Source: Octopus vulgaris
Taxonomy: Eukaryota
Assembly (NCBI GenBank): GCA_951406725.2
Contig: OX597822.1
Coordinates: 79,050,001-79,114,000, forward strand
Direction: 5' to 3'
DNA length: 64,000 nt
Both the position numbers and the translations under genes were made by a program. Below, in pieces: positions 49,866 through 64,000 of this stretch; the stretch's first letter is position 1, and every line of letters begins with the position of its first letter. The notes under the pieces are model-generated. The model made no database searches. It had not been told where the DNA came from and saw nothing but the letters and a program-made list of their open reading frames with translations.

Positions 49866-52321
49866 ATGTATCTAGGATTAAATACACTTCCTTTTTCAAA
49901 ATGGCATGGTGTGATTTCAGGAGTTGTGGCTATTATTTCTAACTGGTTGGTGACCAGATAGAGGCGAACCTTGACTCCACAACAACACAACTTGCACCTA
50001 GTTTGTTTAGAATGACAATATTGATTATTGACATGAAACCAATATGTTGTTGAGGAAAATGAGTGAAGTTGTTTGAATTAATACAGCATATAATTAACAT
50101 TTATTTTAATAACTTCACCCAAGGGATAAAATAGAAAGAAAACTTCCAGTGAAAGTTTAAGTCATTTCTATCAACCTAGATCCATCACCAACACCCACTT
50201 CTGAGTGGTAACAATGTACAGTATCAATTATCATCCCATCAACACTACCACATCCCACAGAGTGGTGATGAAGCAGTGTTATTTATCACCTGTGTCAGCT
50301 ATTGGAAATATGTTACTTGTAACCATGTAATTCAGTACTGTCTGCTCATGGCTGAGCGGTTGGTGACTAAACTGGGTTACTGAGCTTGCTCAGTGAGGGG
50401 AGTGTATGGACACTCAGCAGTTTAAGAAACAAAACCTGTCAAAGGTAGATGAGCTTCTTTGAGTTAATTAGCACCTGTACCATAGAGAGGAGATGGAGAA
50501 GATTAGGATTATCAAGCCCAGTGAAACACTTGAATGGAACTTGCTGACCCTTGCGGTAATTTGACCCAGAACATAAAAATAAAGAAATACTAAGTATTGT
50601 GTCTAATGTGTTAATTCTGCCAGCTTGCGCAAGAAATAAGTAAAATAAAATTCAAAAGGCCCTTTAACAGAAATATTATAGGAATGACTTCATTTGATTT
50701 ATCTTCACACCCACCATCACATATCCCTATAGTGTGGTGATAAAATACATCATTCCTCATCATCACCAAAGCCACCATCACACTCCATGGAGTATTTGTA
50801 ATATAGTGTATTATTCATCACTATCACCACCACAATTTTCTTCTGAGGTGGGTGGGAGAAGAGAGAGGGAGAATTTTAAAAAAAATATATAAACATGTTA
50901 AATTTAATGAGTTCAGAGAAATAACGAATGAACCAATTTGAAGTGTTAACTAATTCAATGTGTTTACTGTATTAAACAATTTAATGTGTTGACTTTGTGA
51001 ACCAATTTAATGCTGCAATCAATATTGATTTCTTTAAATGTGGTTGAGTTCTAATTTTGCAAGAGGAAAATGTATTTTTAAGTGTAGTGTCTCTACCCCA
51101 TGGAAGGATGAAAATAGCAATCAAACAAAGACCAATGCCTGTTGGATGCTCCCCTGGAATTCCTTCTTTGTTTATGTTTTATTTTAGATTCAAGCCAGCT
51201 CTGATAAAGTAGACCCAAGATCAACACATTCTAGCCATATCCATCCTGTTTTATCTTCAGACAATATATCTAGGATTAGATAATCCTATGCATTCTCTTT
51301 TTTCTTACAACAGTAAAGTGTGATATGAAGGGTATTTGGTGGCTATTTCTCAAAGGTCAAGCAAGCGGTGGCAGTGGTGGTGATGATGATAATGATGTTT
51401 GGCTCTGATGAAGAATATCCAGGACATTCCATCCATAAAAAAAATCTATCTTTATGAAATATGTATAAAGGATTACATTATACTATGATTTCTTCTTAAA
51501 GATAGTAAGGTGCAATTTAGCTGCTTTTTCTAGCTGGTCAAATGACAGCAGGATGATAGAAGTGGAAGTTAATGAAGATGATTCTGGAGAGGATGACAAT
51601 ACTAACATCTAGTAGCAGTAGTAATAACTGACAGTGAATTGGACGATGATGATGAAAGAATGAATGACAACTTTTTAAAATCTACTATACTGACTATTTA
51701 GTAGGGTCACAATAAAAAAAGGGGGAAGCTTTAGTAAGATTAGTAAAAGTACCCTGCAACACACAGCTCTACAAAAATATTTATGGGAGTAAATATAAGC
51801 TACAGTGAACACAACTTTAAAATCATTTCAATAATATTCACTTTTTGCAAGTCACTGAAATATCATCCTCATCGTTTTTATATTTGCTTTCCATAATGAT
51901 AGGATCCAACAGGCGGGAGGAATATATAATGCATCTTACTCCAATATCTCAGTTTTGGAATGGTTTCTATTGCTAGATACCCTTCCTAATGCCAAAAACT
52001 TTACAGGGAGTTCTTTTTTGTGGCACCAGCACCAGTGAGCATGCCTTGTAACTTGAAATAGAGAACAGGAACTAGAGTGGTTGCTTTATGCAAGGTCTTG
52101 AGAAGTTAATGTATGATGGGAGCAGTAATTACTTCACATTTTACATGAACAGGGGTGACTGGAACAGTGCTACAAAGAGAGATAAATATGGCAGTGATGA
52201 AGTTTCAGGACATGACTTCAAGGTGACATGTCAGCAGGGTAAGTAAGGAAGACAGACTGAAGAGATGTTGGGTGATGGACACAAACATGATGTGGAGGTG
52301 GTGATACATATACATATATAT

Positions 52322-52386
52322 ATCTTAAAAATCCTTAAAAATGTTTTAGCCCGAAGGCCGCGGCCATACTGGGGAACCACCACTGA
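52322..52386 (-). mobile_element. Isolated SINE/LINE 3' stem-loop tail
   Basis: GTGGTTCCCCAGTATGGCCGCGGCCTTCGGGCTAAAAC followed by a repeated ATTTTTAAG tail; related to the family B tail (also at 54058-54105). Confidence 0.6.
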
Positions 52387-52740
52387 TATATATATATGAG
52401 GTAAATGTATTGACTGGTGAACAGGGATGATCGATGGTAAATATGAGTGGAGGGCAGACAATAAAAACAAACAGATGTCAATTGGTAGTAGCTCAGAGAG
52501 GAAGAGGTGACTGGCACTACATAGGTACATGCGTGTTTACATTGTGTATATTTAGCATGTGTATGCTTGAGTGTGTGTATGTTTGTGTACACTTGAATGC
52601 ATTTATTTGTGCAAACGCCTGTAGGCTTATTTCAGTAAATATATTTTTGTGTATGGAATCTATATTTATAACAGTATATAGTTGAGAAGGCATGCCCGAA
52701 TAGAGATATAGATATATATAGATGTATACATCTCTCTCTC

Positions 52741-52771
<31 letters not shown>

Positions 52772-54116
52772 TACATACACTAACACATACACTATACACA
52801 TATACATACACAGACATACATGGCTGTGTGAGTAAGAATATATATATATACACACACACATGTACACACATACATGGGTGTGCACAAACTCGTGTGCGTG
52901 TTGTATGCATGTATATTTATACATCATCATTTTATGTCCACTTTTCCATGCTGGCTTATATAGAATGGTTTTTCTTTCTGAGGCAGAGACACACATAGAC
53001 ATATGTATGTATGTAAAGTTATTTATTTTGTGTTTGTATATTGTATGTAAGTGTTCCAATCTGTGATGATATATTTGAGAAAGGAGAATATATTTGTATT
53101 TGTACATATGTATATAGTTGACGAATGCAGTTGTGTGTGTATGTGTGTGTGTATGTGTGTGTTATGAGTGTTTATCATGAATAATGTGTGTGTTGCAGTA
53201 TTTGAAATGTATTTGTTTGTGTGTTTGTAGTATTTAGCTTTCTGACTGAAGAAGGTAGATTAGCTGCTCATTCTCCAAGAAGTAATCCCAGGGCTGGTTG
53301 CCAAAGCTTGAAGACTTAGTGTATCAGAGCGGAAAATACCCAGATGCAACAACTAAAACAACAAAAGCAATAATAATGTTTTCTTTATTTTCTTAATAAT
53401 AATAATGTTTTCCTTACATAATAACAACAACAATTTTAACAGAAAATCAGAGAACCAAGAAGTTTTGGCATGACAAGATGTCACAATAGAGAAGCATTTC
53501 TCTAGAATTATATATTCTCCATCAAAACTATGAGATATAAAACAAAATTTTAAAAAATACAGAAAAAGTTCAAATGAAAGGGGGGGGGGAGTAATATATA
53601 AATTAAAAATAACAAAAATATATATATGAAAACACATTACTGGAAAAATATAATAAAAAGTAAAGCTCACAAAAAATAATGATGATTTTAAAAAAATAAC
53701 AATTGTGAAATGAAAATGATAAAATAATGCTAAGCCACCCAGCAAAATGCTAATGCTATCACCCATGGATGAAATTACTATTGCCCTTACTTTGAATATG
53801 TTGTTGTTGTTGGTGGTGGTGGTGGTTGTGGTATTCTCCACTGCATCACAATGTCAGAAATAACCAAGTAGATTCAAGAAAGCACTTCCTTATGAGCATA
53901 GCCCAATCACTGAAGCCAGAAAAAGAATATGCAGATTGTGTGATGTTATGTTAGAAGTACAAATGCTGTATAATAGTAAGACATGGGCCCTGAATGCAGA
54001 AGATTTGAGATGACTGGAAAGAATTGGGGGTCAACATGGGCAGCAAGTAAAACCATTTGAGGCAGTGCCCCAGCATGGTCACAGTCAAGTGAAACAAGTG
54101 AAAAAATGAAAGTAAG

Positions 54117-54147
<31 letters not shown>

Positions 54148-55094
54148 ATCACCCGGAAACTCGAGTCTGTGTGTATCACGTAAGGCTAGAGATGGGAGCG
54201 ATGACCTCCACTTGCAAATACTAATTGGACACAGAATATGTCATTAGCCAGCTGGAGGAGATGTCTTCCTGGGGCTATAAACATCAGTAGCACTGTCCAG
54301 GTATAGGATGTCACACTTAGTTGGCAAATACACACACACACACACACATGCATTGAAATAAGGGTTTGTCAAAGCAAGGAGACTCAAACATACACTCTCA
54401 CATATACATGCATGAGATTCTTTCAGTTACTGTCTACGAAATCCACTCACAAGGCTTTAGTTAATCTGGGTCTACAATAGAAGATACTTGCTCAAGGTTT
54501 CACACAGTAAGACTGAACCCAGAACTATGTGGTTGGGAAGCAAACATCTTACTACACAGCCTCTATTTTTCATATATATATATATAAAATGGGTACAGAT
54601 TAGCTGTTTGGCGGGGAGTTAAGGTAGGCAGGTATCTGCTTTCTTTAAGGGTCTTTTTAATTTTTTTTTTTTTTTTACAAGTGGGTGGAATTAAAAATAT
54701 TTACATTTTTAAACTTCCTATGCTTAATTAGCGATTCATTATGTCATCATCATCACCACCATCACTGGTATCCTATAAGATTACCCACGTCAATGCCACC
54801 ATCCTGACAACTATAATTACTCTCATCACTTGCCATCATCATCATTGTCATCATCATCATCATCGTTATTACCATCAATATCACAAATATGAAAAGTTCT
54901 CTTGTATTGTTAAAGTTATATCTCTATGCGCTTCAGGTGTCGGAAAGTGTTAATTTATTTCCGCTAATCTGCTATGTGTGGTGTGTGCATATGCATGTGT
55001 GTGTGTGTACACCTGTGTAGCATAAATGTTGTCTCATTGCTTTTTGTTCTTCATTTTTCTCTTGTACTCTTTCCTGTTTTCATAATCTCATTAT

Positions 55095-55330
55095 ATTCAT
55101 CATCACCATCACCGTTGTTTATTCATCACCACCATCAGCATCATTTTATTCATCTGCATGATCAACATCCTTCTATTCATCATCAATATCAGTGGCAGCA
55201 GCATTATCAGCATCATTATATTCACCATTATCATATTCGCCACCACCACCACCACAATCATCATCATCATCACCACCACAATCATCATCATCATCACCAC
55301 CACCATCATTATCCACATTATCATATTTAT
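55095..55330. repeat. (CAT)n/(CAC)n tract
   Basis: Read directly from the sequence; source of the poly-His ORF. Confidence 0.9.
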
Positions 55331-56855
55331 TTATTCATTCTTTCATAACTGCCAGCAATCTTTTACACTTCAATGATGACACACGCACGCACACACATAC
55401 ACGCACCGAGTCATATTGTTTTTGACAACAGGTTTGTTACCCATTCAACTCCTCCCTCCATCAGCACTACCAACACCACCGCCACTAACAACACCACTAC
55501 CACTATTGCCAAACCTCATAGCGCTAAGTTTTCCTTCTTCTATTTGTTTCTTCCTCTCCCTTGTCCTAACTCCCCATCACACCCTACCCCTGCTTCCTTC
55601 CTTCCTCTCCTCTTCTACATTCCTTCATTCATTCTTCTGTGATGGTAGCAGAGGTGGAAACCCCTTCTGATGATTCAGTTTTCTGTTATAGAACGCAGTC
55701 AATGTATTCCTGACACCTTAATAACTATATCAGACACATAAGGTGAAGAGAGGATGAGCGTGCATCATGTGTCGGTGTGGGTGAGAGAGAGAGAGAGAGA
55801 GAGAGGATGAGAGAGGGAGAGAGAGAAAGAGAGAGATTAAATGATGTGAAAGACAGAGTAAGAGGGAAATTCAGAGAAGACAGTATACATTTTTTAGTTA
55901 TTTTGCTTGATTTTGTGATGATTTTTTTCAATTTATTTTTTGTTTTTTGTTTTTGTTTACAATCCAGTCAAATTTAGATGCTGCCATCACACCAATCATA
56001 AACAACATCATCCCATGACAATCACACAGTACTATCATCATCATCATTATAATGCTCTTTTTTTTTCATAAATATGTATGAGTGTGTGTGAGCATTCAGA
56101 TGTACACATTCAAATATCAGGCACTTTCAAGTATGATATATCCAAGTATGTGAATGTATACATTTATATAATGTGTGAGTGAAACCAGTCATAAAAGCAT
56201 GTTCTCCTATCATAAATCTGCAGTTAGAAAACCAGGAAAGAGGAATGCCAGAACCTTATCCAGCTTATACAGATATTTATTGCCACTTAAAGGAATAAAG
56301 TGTCGGTCATTTGGACATCAACTGGTCACTCATCAAATGTAACATGGGCAAAGGTAATATCAAAATACTATCATGAAAATGAAATTCTACCTGGCAAATT
56401 ACAACAATGAAATAGAACATGATTGATCTACCAGACACATGTAATAAGACCAAATGGAAGTTTACAACACGCTGTCTCAAAATGATGATAATTCCTTTGG
56501 CATTTAAAACATTTCTGCATTGATAAACCATTTAGTGGCTGCAATTCCAGCAAGAAACTTGCATTAATGGACTAGCAGTCACCCTTAACAACAACAATAG
56601 GCACAAGGCTTGAAATTTTAGGGGATTGGAGGATGGGGATGGGATAGTTAATTACATCTCCCCTCCCAGTGTTCATCTAGTACTTATTTCATCAACTTTG
56701 AAAGGATGAAAGGCAAAGGTGACCTTGGTGGAATCTGAATTCAGAATGTAAAGTCTGACAGTATAACAATCCTTTCTACAACAGGCACAAGGCCTGAATT
56801 TTCTTGAGGAGGGGACTAGCTGATTACATCAATCCCAGTGTTCAACTGGTACTTA

Positions 56856-57071
56856 CGAGGGGCTGTTGAAAAGTTCCTGGCTTTGGGGAAAAAACTTACA
56901 GAAGGATCAGTTAATTATGATTTTATTCAACATATTCCCCTCTCAAATTCACATACTTATTGCAGTGGTCCTTCAGTTTTTCTAAGCACTGTAAAAGAAC
57001 TAGGAAGATTGGGCCTCCAATCAATCCTTTCACAATACCCTTAAAGCCAAGAACTTTTCAGCACCCCCTTG
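56856..57071. mobile_element. mariner-type MITE inserted at TA inside a family A SINE (56770-57125, -)
   Basis: TA-CGAGGGGCTGTTGAAAAGTTCCTGGCTTT ... AAAGCCAAGAACTTTTCAGCACCCCCTTG-TA; the SINE core resumes after the insert. Confidence 0.85.
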
Positions 57072-57214
57072 TACTTTATTGACCCTAAAAGAATGAAAGG
57101 CAAAGTCAGCCTTGGTAGAATTTGCAAGAGATGGTCAATGTACATCATTCTGAGGCATCAGACATGAGAATTCCCAAGGCGCAGGAACTCATTAAATTAT
57201 CTTTGCTTCAATAT

Positions 57215-57545
57215 CAGTGACTAGCATTATCTTGCCCTCCACTCTTGAATGATTGATGGAATGCTGGAGATATTTCCATAAAACTCTTCCTTCATTGGAT
57301 GTTATTTCCATGATTTGCTGAGAACAGCACACAACATACACGTGTAGGTCCCATCAAGTTTGTTTTCTATCTTTTCTTTTTCAGAGTCTACACTAATGAA
57401 CAGTAAAGTGATTCTACTTTGGAACTGAGAAATTCCCTCTCCTTTCAGACGGGTAGTGCAGACTTCCAAATTACTCTTAATTTGTGCATGCTTTTGCTAC
57501 ATAGATTGATACATCTTTTCCAGTGGATGAGATATCACCTCTGAG
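57215..57545 (-). mobile_element. Decayed RTE-clade LINE fragment (third RTE lineage)
   Basis: Minus strand: ISSTGKDV, HKLRVIWKSALP, KLDGTYT...AVLSKSWK.HP.KEEFYGNI. Confidence 0.7.
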
Positions 57546-59395
57546 TTAAGTAGTAGTAATAGTAAAAACAATAACAACTAAAAATGTACACATAAAGTAG
57601 AAAATTGGATTTGGAGAATCAAACCAAATTCAAGATAAGTAACCCAGCCGAGAAACTGGTTATGAGTTCACACTGTCATTAAATTATGATGTAATGTAAT
57701 GAGAATATGCAACTGAATATTCAGGATACACAAATAGTAGTATTTCCATTGAAATGCAGAGATAGATAGATAGATACATACATAGGTGTGTGTATGTGGA
57801 AAGATAGATAAATAGATAGATTGACTGGAAACTAGATAGACAGACACATACACACACATGTACATGAGCAAAAGTATGGTTGCATGCTTAAAAAATTTGC
57901 TTCACAATCATGTCTTACAATGTGGGATCTTTGGCAATTATCTTTTATGATGGCCCCAGGTAGACTAAAGCTTCTTCCATATATATGAATAAATGTGTAT
58001 GCACATCTGTATGTTTGCATTTGCACTTCTCCAAAGACTGCTAAACTACAAGCAGTGGCATTGTTGACATTCTCTTTGTCAACAAATCACCTGTTAGCTT
58101 TGCCTCTATGAAGACATGTAGAATAAGAGATCCTTTACATGAAAAACAGTTATGGCTCAGTAACAGGAAGGGCAACTGACTGTAAAGCAATGCCTCAATA
58201 ACTCTTGCTAGCATGTAAAAGCAAATGAACTTATTGTAATTATACATGTTACAATATAATATTATATAAATGAACTCTAGGTTAGTTCAAATGTATTTGT
58301 GACATATTTTAACTTCTAAAACAAATTTACTGCAGTTTATAGAGGAGAAAAAAGTCCCCACTTATGGTATAAAAAGTGTAAAAACATCTTATCTGTGCAG
58401 TGTCTTCCCCTAGCAAAAGCCTAAATGTGTTTGTAGCTCCTTAGCCTTCCTCAGTAGGATATACCAAAGAGATAACCCAGAGCAGATTATAAAGCAGTAG
58501 TTTTATCTTTGAACAGTCAATATCACACACACACACACAAAATATATAGTATATATAATGTGTGTGTGTGTGTACATTTTCACTGATGTAAGCATTCACA
58601 CATATACATTCAAACAGATGCACATACATACACACACAACATCTATACATCTTATATGGATTATGGTGCACAAGTATGGAAGACATTACACATGTGATCA
58701 GCAGCTGTCCAAAAATGTCAAGTTACTAACTTCTTATAAGCAAACTAGCAATCAACAGCATGACAGTTGTTGCTGAAACAACATACAACACAATCCAAAG
58801 GGAGGACATCCTTGGGACAAAAATACAAATAAATATTTCTAACATTGAGTACATTCACAGACTTCAACACAAGGAATATTGGCAGCACATTCCCATCAAA
58901 CTTCTAATAGATGCAAATGCCAGAAGCCGAGTATAGTTATTTGGTTATAAAATAAATATGTACTGATGTTGCGGTCAATTGCCCAGCAGATGTGAGTGTT
59001 TCATTAAAATGTTAGTCACTATTTTGAAACCAACAACCTCTCTATGCAGATTATAAATCAACTTTAGTACTTATAGACATTTGTGAACTTGGTGGTTGTT
59101 GAGTCATGCCAGGCCAGATCTGGTTCTTTTGTTTAATGTCTAAGTAACAGTCTCAAAAACTGGGGTTTTCAAATAAAGAAAGGCATCATCCTACATTGAT
59201 TCTACAAATTCAATCTTTCAGTGGAACACTGAAAATATGAAAGACTTTTCTAAATTTTACCCTGTAGGTCCTTACTACTGTTATCAAAATTCCATTGAAA
59301 TAGTTTTGTTTCTTATTCAGCAACTAGCATTTTGTTTAGAGAAAAATCTCAGAGATTTCAAAAATAGACACACACACATACACACTGTATTACTT

Positions 59396-59434
<39 letters not shown>

Positions 59435-59492
59435 TGCTTATGTTATATTATCTATATATTTTTATTACTACTATCATTATTATTAACAAAGG

Positions 59493-59543
<51 letters not shown>

Positions 59544-60888
59544 TACTATTATTATTATCATTATTCAGAAAGTTAAATCAACTTGTGTCAATGTGAACAT
59601 GCATATGCATAAAATGAGCAGGGATGTACAGGAACGTTTTGCATATGTATGTGAATGCAGGCGTGTGTATTATTTAGTTGTCATAACTTCTGAAACACCC
59701 ATTCACTACCCACTGAAAAAAAAAAATGAGACAAAATACCGCACAGATACACACACACACACACATGCACGCACGTCTATGATCTGTTGGAATGCACTTT
59801 AACATTGATTGCTATTGTTATATCTTCCATGTCTTTGGCAATGTAGAGAATAGGAGTGTAGTATTGGAGCTTATGTGGGAGTGGTATATAGAATTAGGGG
59901 AAGATGTTTAGTAATTGTGGTGGTGGAGGTGGTGGCTGTACTACTGCTGTTGTTGCTGAAGATGATTGTAATAGGCTAAGAAAGAAGATGGATGATAAAG
60001 TAGCAAAAGGGAAAGAAAAGAAAAACAAAACAAAAATCAGTAAGAGTGGAGGGAACAGGAAGAGAACATCTCTGCCCCTACCTTACTACTTAATCACTTT
60101 TTCATCTATCAATCAATCAATCAATCACTTCTTTCTTACTCACTTTCCCCTCACTGTGTCCCTCCTCCTTTCCATTTCTTTCATTCTTCACTTATCTCTC
60201 TCCCTCTACTCCATTTTCCTTTCTTTCACTCCTTCCTTCCTTCTTATCACAGATCCTTCTGAAGAATATGGTAAGAAACTTTAAACAATATTCAAGAACC
60301 AAAATAATATGTAAGACTCAAACAAGTCCATGGCAACCAACACCTATAGTCTCCCTTAACTATCCATGAATGATGGCAGCAGTGGCAGTGATAAAGGGGG
60401 AAACTAAAAAGTATGAAGGTGGGGCAAAGAAGGAAGACATAGGGAAGCAGAGTAGGGAAAGAAATAGAAAAAAGGAGAAGCCATCTATCAGACACCTGAC
60501 TCATCCATTAAACCCTCCCAGCACCAGCACCTGTTCCAACAACAACAACTACACTCAAAGATAAGTTAATGAGGAAACCTCTATACAGTTGTTCAACTTA
60601 CAAGAAATATTCAAAACTACTGCCACTGTCATGAAAATGAGACATATTTGATTCTGTGTCTAAAGAATACAGATGACAGTGTCTCCATTTTGAGTGTCTT
60701 TGATCATAGGTTTGACGTGGGGACTAGGCCACAACAACATTCAAACCTAAGGGAGACTGTATGCAGTCATTTTATGGTTTCTGTGTCAGTTTTACATTTT
60801 AGTTTTGAATTGTTTCAGTATCTTAGTAAGTAAACAGTATTAAGCAATAAGATCTTAATGGGTATGCTAATAAAATATAACATTTCTA

Positions 60889-61027
60889 GGTTATATGGTA
60901 AGAAGTTTGCTTCCCAGCCACATAGCTTCAGCTTTGGTCGTACCACGTGAGGCCTTGGGTACTTATCTATTACTATAATACCCTGACTAGCCAAAACGTA
61001 GCAAGTGGGTTTGGTAGATGGAAACTG

Positions 61028-61102
<75 letters not shown>

Positions 61103-61333
61103 GTCACTGTCTCTTTTCCTTGACATCATGTAATAGTTGTCATGCAAGCAGTGTTCTTTATTTCCAATCTTCTGTGAAAAAACATCCCATCATGGAGAAA
61201 TATTAGCTTACTTGGAAATCGATTAGGGCTGGTTACAAGAAGGGTATCTGTCCATGAGAAAATTCACTTTAATAAAATCTGTGTGGCACATGCAAGCATG
61301 GAAAAGTGGACATTAAAATGATGACGATTATGA
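60889..61333 (+). mobile_element. SINE family E with central (GA)n
   Basis: Head TGGTAAGAAGTTTGC...TTTGGTAGATGGAAACTGAAAG, (GA)n, body, tail GCAAGCATGGAAAAGTGGACATTAAAATGATGA. Confidence 0.8.
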
Positions 61334-61428
61334 TTTAATGTATTATTATTAAACAAACCAAAATGTAACATTATTATAGTAATTTAAACTCATTACACAC
61401 CAATTAGTTTGAACAATAAGCATAACAT

Positions 61429-61554
61429 ATACCATTCTACATATGGTCACAGAAAAATAGATAACATTTAATTCTAGATAAAGTACACCCCAAATTTTGG
61501 AGTTTAAAAATTTAAAGAAATACAAAGCATGTGTTATACACAAATAAATATGGT
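61429..61554. mobile_element. Possible decayed pogo/Tc2-type MITE
   Basis: TACCAT...ATAAAGTACACCCCAAATTTTG...GTGTTATACACAAATAAATATGGTA resembles CCGTA...TACGG-ended TcMar MITEs. Confidence 0.3.
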
Positions 61555-61934
61555 AACTCTCTGGAAAGTAACTTGAATGGAAAAATAGCCAATTGACAGT
61601 AATATACCTATTTATACATAGTTATTTGATGGTGTACAGTCTTGTTATGAGATATAGATGGTTTTGATTTTGTGATCATGTTTTGATATGATGGCATGAG
61701 ATCTAATCAAGCTGCAGTTTGTAACAAAACTGTTCCCAACATAACAAATTCTTAATATTTTTAACATCTTTAGCTCTTTCTTTGATAATGCCTAAATGAT
61801 GATTTTATCAAACCTTCAAATATATCAAATGCATGTGTGAAAGTGAATATGTAATTGTGAATATTTTGTTTTCTCCTCCCACCCCACACACATTGCAATA
61901 GGTTTGGATGGTTCCACTCCCTCTCTCAGCTCAC

Positions 61935-62160
61935 AGGTGCTATGTAAAACACACTGGTGCTGGTGCTACATGGAATACACTGGTGCTGGTTCCATGCAAA
62001 AAGCACCTGTGCTGGTGCCACACAAAATGCACTGGTGCTGGTGCCATGTATAACGTATTGGTGCTGGTGCTACATAAAATGCACCCAATACACTCTGTAA
62101 AGCAGTTGGCATCAGAAAGGGCATCCTGCCATAGAAATCATGCCAAAACAGACAATTGGA
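61935..62160 (+). mobile_element. RTE-type 3' UTR fragment with ~24-27-bp internal tandem repeats
   Basis: GGTGCTGGTGC.AC.TAAAA.GCAC repeated about 6 times, then GTTGGCATCAGAAAGGGCATCC. Confidence 0.7.
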
Positions 62161-62414
62161 GCGTGATACACATGCGCGTGCACACGTGCACACACACGAA
62201 CATTTTTACAAACATTGAGGCATTGAATGAGCAAGTATTTTTTTTAGAAATAAGTACTCTGCTAGAGTTTGAGAGGTACATAGTTCAATTCTCTGTAGTG
62301 GCTGCTGGTCACTTTTTCCTGTCTATAGGAGTATTTTTACCAAATTGACTAAGGCTGTTCCCTTAGCTATTCTACTGTGTTCAAGATTTCCTTTGTTTCT
62401 GAAAATTACTTTGC

Positions 62415-62557
62415 AGGGTGGTTGGTGTAAGGAAGGGCATCCAACTAAAAATCCTGCCAAAACAGACACACAAGTCTGGTGCAGGCTTCTGCCTGGCTGG
62501 CTCCTATCAAACCATCCCACCCAAGCCAGCATGGCAGGCAGGCATTAAACGATGACG
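62415..62557 (+). mobile_element. RTE-type 3' end fragment
   Basis: GGTTGGTGTAAGGAAGGGCATCC...GCCAGCATGG...CATTAAACGATGACGA. Confidence 0.75.
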
Positions 62558-63191
62558 AAATAAGTACATACATATATAAACAAATACACACACATATTTT
62601 TTCATGTTATATATACAGGCACACATACATAGATAGACAGACAGACAGATACTTTATTCACTTATTTGACTACTTCAGTTATTGGACTGCAGCCAAGCTG
62701 GGGACACCAATTTAGAAATTGTTTAGTCAATCAAATTGACTTAATTATTTGTTTCTTAGCTTGATACTTATTCTATTAGTCATATTTTGCTCAACAACTA
62801 AATTATAGGGATGTAAACAAACCATTATTGGGTGGTAAATAGTAAGAGATGAACATATACAAAAAGACACATACACATATACATACATATATGCATAACA
62901 GGTTTATGCAGTTCCACACACACATACACACAGAGAAACACATATTTATAAGTAAATGCATGCATGTGTGTTACATCTAAAAATTCTCTTCCTCCCACCC
63001 ATCACACCCATACAAATTACAACAAGAGCCACAAGGGAGAGAGACAAAACTTTCGAGAGTCGACATGTGGGAAGAAAGAATCAAGTGTATTCTTTTCTAA
63101 ATACATTATGACATCACCATAGCTATATCCGGAATTGGTCACGGACAGAGAAAATATGATGATAACAACACATACACATAAATACACTATT

Positions 63192-63222
<31 letters not shown>

Positions 63223-64000
63223 TATATATATATAGTCTTAGTTATAAGATTGCATGTAAGAATTATTCATATTTAACTCAGCTGAGACATATTTGCTATC
63301 TGATAATTAGTATGCTATTAATCTTTATAGTTATAGAACTTTTTCTCCTTTAAATGTTATAATATATCATCATCATCTGAATATCCATTTTTCCATGCTT
63401 GCATGGGTTAGATGTAGTTATTTTGAGGCAGATTTTCTACAGTTAGAGACCCTGCCTGTTGTTAACCCATACCTGTTCCAAAGCAAGTATTCACTAAAAC
63501 ACCATCTGAGGACTAACTGGTTAAGATGGAACAGTAGCTCCCCCAATAACACACACACACACAACAAACATATCATGTATTATCATACATATCATACATT
63601 AGTGGTAAGTTTCTGACAAGCCTACAATACAATATATATTTGATTCTTAGTCATTTAAAGTTACTTCATAACCCCTTGAGATTTCCTCCAATATTCAATA
63701 ACATGCATACAGATTAATATACAAACAGTAAGACACACTTCTAAGTACAGAGAGTAACATGCACACACACACACACACACACAAATTTACATATATATCA
63801 GATAATCTAATATATAGACAATAAATTACAATGATGCATGCACAGTAACACACCCATTAGTATAGTCAAGTTACTCACACACAACGTATAAGACAATAAT
63901 ATATATACATGATTATACAGAAAATAACTCTGAACATTAATGTACTGAATATAACAGAAATGTAGTAAACAGACCACAATAATATAGACAATAATTCACT

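Noticed and set aside
53353-53841. 162-aa hydrophobic ORF as a membrane protein
   Set aside because: It is the reverse complement of an A-rich low-complexity tract, which explains the F/I/L bias, and it has no recognisable motif.
63005-63075. Minus-strand hydrophobic frame CRLSKVLSLSLVALVVICMG as a signal-peptide exon
   Set aside because: There is an in-frame TGA upstream with no ATG or acceptor in between, and the donor is weak.

Overview
AT-rich, microsatellite-dense eukaryotic genomic DNA; it is not prokaryotic, and there are no operons, CRISPR arrays or rRNA genes. The repeat landscape resembles what I recall of Octopus genomes, but this assignment is an inference. Almost all six-frame ORFs are artefacts of (CA)n/(TA)n/(CAT)n tracts or decayed transposons. 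The only convincing host coding sequence is one 161-bp minus-strand exon (18372-18532) with canonical splice sites, resembling the N-terminal prodomain of an ADAM metalloprotease (mind-meld/UNC-71/ADAM11-22-23-like), so much of the window is probably large introns of that gene. The rest is mobile DNA: three tRNA-headed SINE families that swap heads and tails; a (CAA)n-tailed family; fragments of RTE, RTE-BovB, CR1/L2 and R4/Dong LINEs; a DD37D-type mariner remnant; piggyBac-type and mariner-type MITEs; a Helentron/HINE-like element; and several long fold-backs. The most notable item is a tRNA-headed (Pol III) SINE-like element carrying a minimal type I hammerhead ribozyme of the Penelope type (2516-2758, minus strand). 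Three or four further decayed hammerhead-like motifs occur, one inside a double-hairpin TIR element at 12531-13044. All family assignments are by eye and from memory; no searches were run, and repeat boundaries are approximate.
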